Of a stretch of DNA of 64,000 nt, positions 23,001 to 35,000 are shown piece by piece; the stretch's first letter is position 1, and the number at the start of each line of letters is the position of its first letter. The stretch is from Macrostomum lignano. Lineage: Eukaryota. Made by a program: the position numbers and the translations under genes. The DNA lies in NCBI GenBank assembly GCA_002269645.1, contig NIVC01000578.1:324549-388548 (forward strand), written 5' to 3'. The notes below the pieces were generated by a model, which worked only from the letters and a program-made list of their open reading frames with translations, did not search any database and was not told the DNA's origin.

Positions 23001-26000
23001 CCCACCCCAGCTCCCCCACACCCCTCAGCCCCCCTTAGCTCATCCACACACTCCGCTCCCCCCTCAGCTCCCCACACCCTCAGCTCCCCCACACCTTCCG
23101 CTCCCCCCTCAGCTCCCCACACCCTCAGCTCCCCCACCCCAGCTCCCCACACCCTCAGCTCCCCCACACATTCCGCTCCCCCCTCAGCTCCCCACACCCT
23201 CAGCTCCCCCAAACCCTCAGCTCCCCTCACCCTCAGCTCCCCCACACCTTCCGCTCCCCCTCAGCTCCCCACACCCTCAGCTTCCCACCCCAGCTCCCCC
23301 AAACCCTCAGCTCCCCCACCCCAGCTCACCACACTCTCAGCTCCCCCACACATTCCGCTCCCCCTCAGCTCCCCACACCCACAGCTCCCCACCCTCAGCT
23401 CCCCAAACCCTCAGCTTCCCACCCCAGCTCCCCCACCCCAGCTCACCGCTCTTGTCCTTGAACACGGCCAGCTGGTGGCCGCACAGGGCCGCGAACCGCT
23501 TCTTCCACTTCTTGATGGGGAATTTCTGGCCGCCAGCCTGCAGGTCCTGCCGGATTTCCAGCTCGCCTTCGATTGACGGCGGCATCAGGTCTGACAGGCG
23601 GCTGCGCGACTTGCTGCCGCTGCTCTTCTTGGTGTTGAAGGTGTGCGACTTGTTCAGGCCGGGCTTGCGGGGCGTCGGCTGCTGGCCAGCTCGGGAAGCC
23701 TTGGCTGCGGCTGAGGCTGCCGATTCTTCGGCGATGCTCTGCGGCCGCGTCAGCTGCGGCCTCGATCGCGCTGCCACCTCCTCGGAGATGGGCGGCGTGT
23801 GCGGCTGCTGCTGCTGGCGCATCGTCTCCCGCTTCTTCACCCCGGCTGTCAGCTCGTTGTAGGCCATCGACTTGCTCCGCTTGGCGCTGTCGGTGCGCCG
23901 CTGCTCCTCGAACCGGCGCTCCAGCAGCGTCAGCTCCGTCAGGGCGTCCACGCGCGGCTTCTGCGCGCTCAGCAGGGCGGCCAGCTCTTCGCTGCGCTTG
24001 CCTCTGACCTCCAGCTGCTCGAGCCCGTACTCAAAGCCCGGCGCGCAGCCGCTGAACTCCCGGCCGAAGTCGTCCAACCAGCGGTTCATCCGCTGGCAGC
24101 CGTCCAGCACCCGGCGGATGTCGGCGTTCTCCACGTACAGCTCGTGGCGCCTCTTCTGGGCGGACACGACCTGCTCGCAGAGCTGCGCCACCGCCGCCTG
24201 CTTGGCGTCGATGAAGTCCGACATGAACGGGCAGTCGCGCCGGCACTTGGCCGCCACCCGGGCGAACTCCTGCGCCTGCGACTCGCGCTGCTTGGCCTCC
24301 TTGCCGCGCTGGGCGCTGCGCTCCACCTTCAGTTCGAGTTTTGTTGCTTTATGAGCTGCCTAATACGGTTTGATCAATCTTTGAGCGGAAATGCGAACCG
24401 GCCTAAGCCAGTACACAGTTTGAACCGGCCTAAGCCAGTACACAGCCTGAACCGGCCTAAGCCAGTACACAGCCTGAACCGGCCTAAGCCAGTACACAGC
24501 AGAACCGGCCTAAGCCAGTACACAGCCTGAACCGGCCTAAGCCAGTACACAGCCTGAACCGGCCTAAGCCAGTACACAATCTGAACTGGCCTAAACCAGT
24601 ACAGAATCTGAACTGGCCTAAGCCAGTACACAGCCTGAACCGGCCTAAGCCAGTACACAGCTTGAACCGGCCTAAGCCAGTACACAGCCTGAACCGGCCT
24701 AAGCCAGTACACAGCCTGGACCGGCCTAAACCAGTACACAGCCTGAACCGGCCTAAGCCAGTACACAGCCTGAACCGGCCTAAACCAGTACACAATCTGA
24801 ACTGGCCTAAGCCAGTACACAATCTGAACTGGCCTAAACCAGTACACAATCTGAACTGGCCTAAACCAGTACACAATCTGAACTGGCCTAAACCAGTACA
24901 CAATCTGAACTGGCCTAAACCAGTACACAATCTGAACTGGCCTAAACCAGTACACAATCTGAACTGGCCTAAACCAGTACACAATCTGAACTGGCCTAAA
25001 CCAGTACACAATCTGAACTGGCCTAAACCAGTACACAATCTGAACTGGCCTAAACCAGTACACAATCTGAACTGGCCTAAACCAGTACACAATCTGAACT
25101 GGCCTAAACCAGTATACATTCGAATTTGAGTATAAAGAATTTCGAACGCGTGGCGTTTGCAGGTGAGTTCCCAGCTCAGCCACTGGTTCTTACCCCTGAC
25201 AATCTTTATGCTGCAGACCTGCAGCTCGAAGTTCTCACCTGTTCCACAGCCAGCTTGTAGCTGGGGGCCAAGTCCTCGGCCAGGATCTGGTTGAGCAGCT
25301 GCTGCAGTGCCTGGAGCAGGTCCGAGAACTTCAACAGGCCCGTGTGAGCCTCCTTGGCGGCCATCAGGTCCGCTCGCTTCTCCTCCGCCGCCTGGGTCAG
25401 CTCCTGCCACAGCCGCTCCACCGCGCTGACGTCCTCGTTGATGACCTGCGGTGCAGAGCGGGAAGGATTGACAGAATAGAGAGCAGAAATACAAAGACTA
25501 CAGAGAGTAGACACAGACTACAAAGTAGACACAGACTACAGACAGTAGACACAAAGACTACAAATAGTAAACACAAAGACCAGATAAAAGACACCAAGAC
25601 TAGAAGAAACACAAAGATTAGAGAGAATAGATACAAAGACTACAGAGAGAATAGATACAAAGATTACAGAGAATAGATACAAAGACTACAGAGAGAATAG
25701 ATACTAAGACTACAGAGAGAATAGATACAAAGACTACAGAGAGTAGATACAAATATTACAGAGAGAATAGATACAAAGACTACAGAGAGAATAGATACAA
25801 AGACTACAGAGAGAATAGATACAAAGATTACAGAGAGAAGAGATACAAAGACTACAGAGGGTAAACACTGAAAATTTCCGACGGTCGGCAGCACTCACCG
25901 TCTCGGCATCGGATCCCTTGAACTCATCCATAAGCTGGCGTCCCCTCTTAGCCAGGTTGTCGCGCCGCTGTCCCAAGGGCCTGAGCTCGCTCTCCGTGAG

Positions 26001-29000
26001 CAGGTCGAGGCCCCGGAGCAGCTCCTCGTTGGAGGTGAGGGTGATGCCGAACTGCGCCAAAGACTGCAGCTCGTGCAGCGTCTCGTCCAGAGCCTCGTGC
26101 AGGCCGCCGGCCTCGTGCAGCAGCTTGTGGATCTTCTTGGAGTCCAGCAGCGATTTGTGGAGGTCCCTGGCGCTCAGGTGCACGTTGGCCAGCCGGGTCT
26201 TCAGCGCGTCGCGCAGCGCCTTGGCCTCCTCAAGGCGGCAGTTCTTCTCCGACTGTAGGCCGGCGAAGTTGGCGTCCAGCTGGTCCATCTGCGACTGCCG
26301 GCTGCGCAGCGCGCTCTGCGCCTGGCCGCACTTCTCGATGGCGCGTTCGCAGGACTCCTCGTCGCTACCAGCCTCGATGGACTTCAGCACGATCTCCTGG
26401 GACCTGTCGGCAAATGGTGCGGAGCCTCAAATCAGCCAGTGCCAACTATGAACAGCTTCACCAATCTATGAAATGGTTTGAACAGCCTAAAAATGGTCTT
26501 ACCTATCTACAAAAATGGTCTGACTAATCTACAAAATAGTCTGATTAATCTACAAAAAGATTTGACCAATATACAAAACGATTCTGAATAATCTATAAAA
26601 TGATTGGACTAATCTATAAAATGATTTGACCAATCTGTACAATTATTTTGCCAATCTACAGAATGAAATGATCAATCTAAAAATGTTTGGGACCAATCCT
26701 CAAAATGATTTGAACAATATACAAAACGATTCTGAATAATCTATAAAATGATTTGATCAATCTGTAAAATGATTTGACCAATCTACAGAATGAACTGATC
26801 AATCTAAAAAATGTTCGGACCAAAATTCAAAACGGATTGACCAATCCTCGGAATGATTTGACCAATCAGAAAATCAATCGGCTCAATCTACAATTAGACC
26901 TCACAAGCGCACCTCAGCCAGGAGTCGAACTCGTCCACCTGCTCCTTGAAGGCGAAGTATTTGAGATTCTCGTCCAACCGGCGCTTGTGCAGCTTGAGCA
27001 GGCTGGTGAGGCTGTCCAGCAGGTTCTGCACCTCGGCCTGGCTCTTGAACACCGCCTGCTCGTCCAGACGACTGGCCACCTCGGCCAGCTCGGCGACTCG
27101 CTCCTCCACCTTCTCGACATCGGCGGCCAGAGTCTCCACAGTCTTGCAGCGGGACAGGCAGACGAACTGATCGGCCCCGGGGTCCAGGGTTCGAACCGCG
27201 GCCAGCTTTTCTTCTATCCAGCTCTTAGCCTCGGCCAGATCGTCCAGGTAGGCGAATCGAACCCGGGCTGCCTCCAGGCGCTCGGCCCGGCCCTTGGTGA
27301 GCCGGGTGAGGCTGGAATAGGCGGCCTGCAGCTGGTTGAGCTGGCGGCGGGTCTCGTCTTCGCGGAAGAGCAGCAGGTCGGAGCCGCTGGCCCGGCTGTC
27401 CACGGAGTCAGAGCGGTTGCGGTAGGCCTCCGAGCTGGCCGAGTCCAGCAGCCCCTGGCCCACTTCGAGGACGCCATGGATCACCTGGACGATAGAGGTG
27501 AGGGTTGCAAAACAGATCGATTGAATTTACATGCATCTACAGGTTCAAAATAGCTGCCTAGGTGCCTAGAGATCACGAAGAGTCGTGAATCTTTACGGAT
27601 AATAGAAGAAACATTTAAGAATCATCCTTAGCGATATCTACAGACAATAGATACAGATTTACAGATAGACACAGACCTATCTAAAGACTATAGACGCAGA
27701 TCTAAAGATCAAAAACAAAGACGCACAATTCATAGGCAAAGATTCAAAGATCATAGGCAGATCTACAGATCACAGATAGATCGATAGATTATTGATAGAT
27801 TTACACATTATGGACAGATCTATAGATCATAGACACAGATCTACACATCATAGGCACAAATCTACAGATCATAGACACAGATCTACAGCTAATAGGCACA
27901 ATAAACCAGAACATAGACCTCGATCTACAGATCATAGACACAGATCTACAGATCAAAGACACAGATCTACAGATCAAACACAGATCTACAGATCAAACAT
28001 AGATCTACAGATCATAAACACAGTTCTACAGATCATAGACAGATCTACAGACCTACAGATAATAGACACAGATGCACAGATCATAGACACAGATCTACAG
28101 AAATACAGATCTACAGATCATAGACAGATCTGAAGATCATAGACACATATCTATAAATCATAGACACAGATCTACAGATCATAGACACAGATCTACAGAA
28201 CATAGACACAAATCTACAGATCATAGACACAGATATACAGACCATAGACACAGATCTACACAGACACAGCCCAATAACGAATCCCAAAGGCAGTCTCACC
28301 TGCCGCCTGTTCTCGAACTCCTCTTCAAACTGCTTCAGCCGGCGCGTCAGTCGTTGCACATCGGCGCTGGAGGCGCCAACATCGGCGCTGTCAACCAGAG
28401 GCGTCCGGCTGGCGATCCAGGCGATCTCGTCCTGCGCCTCGGCCAGGAAGCGGAACACCTTCACGGCGTGCTGAATGTTCTCGCCGTGCAGGCCGGCGGC
28501 GGCCCGGAGCTCCGAGAAGCGGCGGCTCAGCCTCTCGAACTGGGCGCGGGCCCGGTCGGACTTGAGGCCGGCCAGGCCGGACTCGACCTCGGCCAGGCTC
28601 TCTTGGCGCGAATTCAAATCGGCCTGCAGGCCGGCCAGGTCCTTCTGCGCCTGCTTGGCCCGCGCCAGGCTGTCCAGGGCCGAGTTGGCCTCGATGACGT
28701 CCTCGGAGTTCTGGCAGAACTGGTCGAGGTCTTCGCAGCGCTGCAGCAGCTGCTTGATGGCGTAGGCCTCCCGAGCCTGAGACAGCTGGGCGGAGCACCT
28801 GCGAATGAAGGTGGCAATGTTGAACTGTGCCAGCTGGGGCCGCTTGGTGCTAGGGTACACAGCAGGGTGTCAGTTATGATATCAGAGTGTCAGTTATGAT
28901 ATCAGAGTGTCAGTTATGATATCAGGATGTCAGTTATACTAATAGGGTGTCCGTTATGATAGCAGGATGTCAGAGTGTCAGTTATGACACTAGGGTGTCA

Positions 29001-32000
29001 GATATGACACTAGGGTGTCAGTTATGACACCAGGGTGTCAGCTATAGACAAACCTTTCGTCAGCGGTGGCCAGCAGACTCCGAAGCTCTTTCAGCCGGTC
29101 CTCAATCACTTGACAATTCTGTGGCTCGAGAATATTGCTGAGCTCTTTGCCCTCCTCGGCCAGCTGGTCGAGCTGCTTGCCGTAGCCCTGCACCTCTGTC
29201 TGCAGGGTGGCGAACTTCTCAATCAGCTTTCTGTTGACGTCGGCTTCATCAAAGGGTTCAACAATGGTGACCCGCTTGGCGTCCAGGCGGGACTGGTAGT
29301 TGTCGCAGTGCTGCAGGTAGGCGGTCAGCTTGTCCAGCGCCGCGTGCCGCTTGTCGACGGTGTCGTTGAGCTCGGCGGCAGCATCGGCGAGGCTGCGCAG
29401 CTGGTCCATCTCGGATTCGTAGTCGGCCAGGTGCCGGTTGCTGGCCAGGCGCTCGTCGTGCGTAGCCCGACAGTCGTCCAGAGATTCGCGAAGCTGACGA
29501 AGCTCCGAGTGGAGCGGCAGGGCACCCGGGTCGCGAAGGCGCGTCTCCAGAGACTGGCGGTGGAGAAAAGAGGCTGCAGCTTTAGTGACAGGCAAGGGAG
29601 AGTAGGGTGCAAGGGTAGACAGGGTGTCAGGGGTAGGGAGAGTAGGTGTCGAGGATAAGGAGAGTAGGGTGCAAGGGTAGACAGGGTGTCAGGGGTAGGG
29701 AGATTAGGGTGTCAGGGCAGGGAGAATAGGGTGTCAGGGCATGGAGAGTAGGGTATCAGGGCGGGGAGATTAGGGTGTCAGGGCGGGGATAGTAGGGTGC
29801 CAGAGCAGAGAGAGTAGGGTGTCAGGACAGGGAAAGAAGTGTGTCAGGGCAGGGAGAGTAGGGTGTCAGGGCAGGAAGAGTAGGGTGTCAGGGCAGGGAG
29901 ATTAGGGTGTCAGGTAAACAACTTGAGTCACCTGCAGTCCCCGCCGGAGCCGCTGAGCGGCCTCCAGGAAGGAGACGTAGGCAGCGTCCTCATCAAGGTC
30001 GCGGCTGTGCCGATTAAAGAAGGCCTTCAGCCGCTTCCGTCCAGATTCGAGTCGCTCGCGCGGCTCGGCCACGGCCTCGGCGTAGGCGTCGCCAAGTCCG
30101 GCGAGGTCGGCGCCGCGGCCGCGCAGGTACTCGGCGGTCTCCAGCTGGCGATCGACCTCCGTCTCGCGGTCCCGGTTTCGAGCCTGGCGCTGCTCGACAG
30201 CCTCGCTAGTGAGCGAAGCCTGGGCCGCCTCCTCGGTCAGGCGCTCCTCGAAGTCGCCGGCCCAGTCGCAGAACTGGTTCACTCCGTCGACGAACGCGGC
30301 AAATCGTCGCTCGTCCTGCAGCTGGCGGTCCCTGGCCGCGCACAGGCCTCGAAGTTTCTCCAGCTCGGACTCGAGGTCCGCGCAGGTCTGCCGCGTCTGC
30401 GGATAGATGCTGGCGGCCTGGACGGCAGGCGAGTAACAAATTTGAGGTTAGTTATGTTTTCTTTCGATACATATCGGTGAGGAAAGTACGAGATAATTGC
30501 TTATTGCTTACACCTGCCCTAATAGGCAGATGTGCAACCGACAGCTCAGCCGCAGCTATTGCGCGGTGCATCTGGAGACTGCATACGGCTGTTCAGTCCA
30601 ATGACTGAGGGGGGTCGCCATACACACACTTAATATCCCCGGCTAATGCTGGCACCCATTTTACAGCTGAGTGAACTGAAGCAATGCATAGTTAAGTGTC
30701 TTGCTTAAGGACAAAAATCGTTCCAGTGGGTTAAGAATCGAACCCTCGACCTTTAAGTCACGAGTCCGACGCTCTAACCACTAGGCTACAACCGCATTAT
30801 AGTCTATGGGCTACCCTCACCCTCAGAGGGGGGTTGTAGCCAAGGAGGTTCTAGCTATTTGAACTACTTAAAAATGCAAGAACGCATTTTCAAATCGAAC
30901 CTGGAATTCCTCCATGATCTCCTTAAGCGGCACGAGCAGCTGAGCGAACTTCTTGATATCCGTATCCCTGATGGCGTTGTTCCGCTTGATGAGCTCGCCA
31001 ACAGACTTGGGATCGGTGCAGCGGCCGGGCGGGACGGCCTTGGCCAGCGACTCGGTCAGCCGAGCCATCTCCCGGTGCAGCTGGTCGGCCGTGTTGCAGA
31101 ATCTGTGGAATTTCACCTTGGCCGCCAGTTCTTGCCGGCAGAGAGCCAGCCGAGGCCGCACCTCGTCCCACAGCTGGCCAACTTTGTCGCAGCGACGGCG
31201 GACGGCCACGGCGTCCGGGTCGTCGGCTGGCCGGTCGCGCATCAGGGCTGCGGCTTCCGTCTTCAGGCGGTCGATTCGCTCCTGCACGAGGGGGGGCGTG
31301 CGAGTGTAGCGTTAGAGTGCCAGGGCTGTGGATAGTAGGGTGTCAGGATAGACAGTAGGGTGTCAGAGTAGACAGTAGGGTGTTAGAGTAGACAGTAGGG
31401 TGTCCGAGTAGACAGTAGGGTGTTAGAGTAGACAGTAGGGTGTCAGAGTAGACAGTAGGGTGTTAGAGTAGACAGTAGGGTGTCAGGGTAGACAGTAGGG
31501 TGTCAGAGTAGACAGTAGGGTGTTAGAGTAGACAGTAGGGTGTTAGAGTAGACAGTAGGGTGTTAGAGTAGACAGTAGGGTGTCAGGGTAGACAGTAGGG
31601 TGTCAGGGTAGACAGTAGGGTGTCAGGGTAGACAGTAGGGTGTCAGGGTAGACAGTAGGGTGTCAGGGTAGACAGTAGGGTGTTAGAGTAGACAGTAGGG
31701 TGTTAGAGTAGACAGTAGGGTGTCAGGGTAGACAGTAGGGTGTCAGAGTAGACAGTAGGGTGTTAGAGTAGACAGTAGGGTGTTAGAGTAGACAGTAGGG
31801 TGTTAGAGTAGACAGTAGGGTGTCAGGGTAGACAGTAGGGTGTCAGGGTAGACAGTAGGGTGTCAGGGTAGACAGTAGGGTGTCAGGGTAGACAGTAGGG
31901 TGTCAGGGTAGACAGTAGGGTGTTAGAGTAGACAGTAGGGTGTTAGAGTAGACAGTAGGGTGTTAGAGTAGACAGTAAGGTGTCAGGTTAGACAGTAGGG

Positions 32001-35000
32001 TGTCAGGGTAGACAGTAGGGTGTCAGGGTAGACAGTAGTGTCAGGATATACAGTAGGGTGTCAGGTTAGACAGTAGGGTGTCAGGGTGGACAGTAGGGTG
32101 TCAGGGTAGACAGTAGTGTCAGGGTAGACAGTAGGGTGTCAGGGTAGACAGTAGGGTGTCAGGGTAGACAGTAGGGTGTCAGGGTAGACAGAAGGGTGTC
32201 AGGGTAGACGGTAGGGTGTCAGGGTAGACAGTAGTGTCAGGATAGACAGTAGGATGTCAGGGTAGACAGTAGGGTGTTAGAGTAGACAGTAGGGTGTCAG
32301 GGTAGACAGTAGGGTGTCAGGGTAGACAGTAGTGTCAGGGTAGACAGTAGGGTGTCAGGGCAGACAGTAGGGTGTCAGGGTAGACAGTAGGGTGTCAGGG
32401 TAGACAGTAGGGTGTCAGGGTAGACAGTAGGGTGTCAGGGTAGACAGTAGTGTCAGGATAGACAGTAGGATGTCAGGGTAGACAGTAGGGTGTCAGGGTA
32501 GACAGTAGGGTGTCAGGGTAGACAGTAGGGTGTCAGGGTAGACAGTAGTGTCAGGGTAGACAGTAGGGTGTCAGGGTAGACAGTAGGGTGTCAGGGTAGA
32601 CAGTAGGGTGTCAGGGTAGACAGTAGGGTGTCAGGGTAGACAGTAGGGTGTCAGGGTAGACAGTTGTGTCAGAGTAGACAGTAGGGAGGGGGCAGCACAG
32701 CGCAGGCTCCGCAGGACTCACCTGGTCGACTGTGAGCTGCTGCAGCGCATCGTACAGGTAATTGTCCAGCTGCGTGTCCCGCTGGTCGCTTTTGTAGGAG
32801 TCCAGCAGCGGCTTGACGTTCAGTAGCGCCGCCTGCGCCTTGTCGCACTCCTCCAGGAAGCGCAGGAAAGTCCGCGCCGATTCCAGCGCCGCCTCCTGAT
32901 AGGCGCAGAGTCGTTGCAGCTTCGCCCACTCGTCGGCTGTTTGACGCACCCGCTCGGACACGTCCGGAGCGACAGACTTGGCCGCGGCCGAGGCAGCCGG
33001 CTTGTCGGCTTCGGCCACCATTTCGCGACCGTAGGCGATGTGCGCCTCGATGCGGTCCCGGTGGCCGTCCACGGCGTCCTTGCGGTCCTGAAGCTGGCGC
33101 AGCTGCTCCGACTTCGACTTGTCGGCGTCAGGGTCGGCGGCTGCCGCAGAGCCGCCAGCGGTGGTGGCGGCGACGACCAGGGCCTGCTGGGCCTTGATGA
33201 AGTCGCCCAGCTCGATGTTGTCCACCACAAAAGCCAGGTAGCGGCGCTGGTCGGCCAGGCCGGCCCGAGTCCGGTCGATGCTGGCGCCGACGCGGGACAC
33301 CAGCTGCTCCGTGGACTTCAGCCGCTCCTTCACCTGGGGATGCGTTGGGGGTGGCAGGGATGTTGAGGGCGGATCAGCATAGCTGTACAATCCTATCAAT
33401 TAGCTACCAGCTACTCAATCAGTTAACCAGCTACTCAGTCAGCTACCAGCTACTCAATCAGCTACCAGCTACTCGTCAGCTATCAGCTACTCAATCAGCT
33501 ACCAGCTACTCAATCAGCTACCAGCTACTCAATCAGCTACCAGCTACTCAATCAGCTACCAGCTACTCAATCAGCTACCAGCTACTAAATCAGCTAACCA
33601 GCTACTAAATCAGCTAACCAGCTACTCAATCAGCTACCAGCTACTCAATCAGCTACCAGCTACTCAATCAGCTACCAGCTACTCAATCAGCTACCAGCTA
33701 CTCAATCAGCTACCAGCTACTAAATCAGCTAACCAGCTACTCAATCAGCTACCAGCTACTCAATCAGCTACCAGCTACTCGTCAGCTATCAGCTACTCAG
33801 TCAGCTACCAGCTACTGAGTCAGCTAACCAGCTACTCAGTCAGCTACCAGCTACTCAATTAGCTACCAGCTACTCAATCAGCTAACCAGCTACTCAATCA
33901 GCTACCAGCTACTCAGTCACCTACCAGCTACTCAATCAGCTAACCAGCTACTCGTCAGCTATCAGCTACTCAGTCAGCTACCAGCTACTCAGTCAGCTAA
34001 CCAGCTACTCAGTCAGCTACCAGCTACTCAATCACTAACCAGCTACTCAGTCAGCTACCAGCTACTCAATCACTAACCAGCTACTCAGTCAGCTACCAGC
34101 TACTCAATTAGCAACCAGCTACTTAGTCAGCTAACCAGCTACTCAATCAGCTAACAACTGCTCAGAAAGCAAGACACAGACCTGCTCCAGCAGGGGGTGA
34201 CCAGCTCGCATGAGAGCGACCGCATTGGCAGCAGCCTCCCGGCAACCTTCCAGCCTTGGCGAGTTCTTGTCGTAGATGGCCCGCAGAGCGTCCAGCTCCT
34301 GGCTCAGCTTGGCCACCTGCTCCAAAGAGCTGCCGTCTGGCATCACGGACACCCGGTGCTCCAGCTTGTTCATGGTCTTTACCAGAGGCTGAGTCTTGTC
34401 AGCGAAGTCGCCGGAGGCCCGCAGACAGGCTAGGTAGTCGGCTAGACGATTCAGGCGGTCCTCCACCGTCTCCTTCATGTTGATCACGTCGTCCACTGCG
34501 CGGCCAATCTGGCAATGTATAGTTTCGGCACATACTATATTATACTTACTTTCGATACATATTGGCTGCAGATGTGGGAGTGAATTGGATTGTTCTATAA
34601 TACTATTTTATATTTACTTTCGATACATATCGGCTTCAGATGTGGGAGTGAATTGGATTGTTCTATAATACTATATTATATTTACTTTCGATACATATCG
34701 GCTTCAGATGTGGGAGTGAATTGGATTGTTCTATAATACTATATTATATTTACTTTCGATACATATCGGCTGCAGATGTGGGAGTGAATTGGATTGTTCT
34801 ATAATATTATATTATATTTACTTTCGATACATATCGGCTGCAGATGTGGGAGTGAATTGGATTGTTCTATAATACTATTTTATATTTACTGTCGATACAT
34901 ATCGGCTGCAGATGTGGGAGTGAATTGGATTGTTCTATAATACTATATTATATTTACTGTCGATACATATCGGCTGCAGATGTGGGAGTGGATTGGAATG

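Noticed and set aside
30720-30795. tRNA gene
   Set aside because: Anticodon and acceptor stems do not pair, and the sequence continues into a SINE body.
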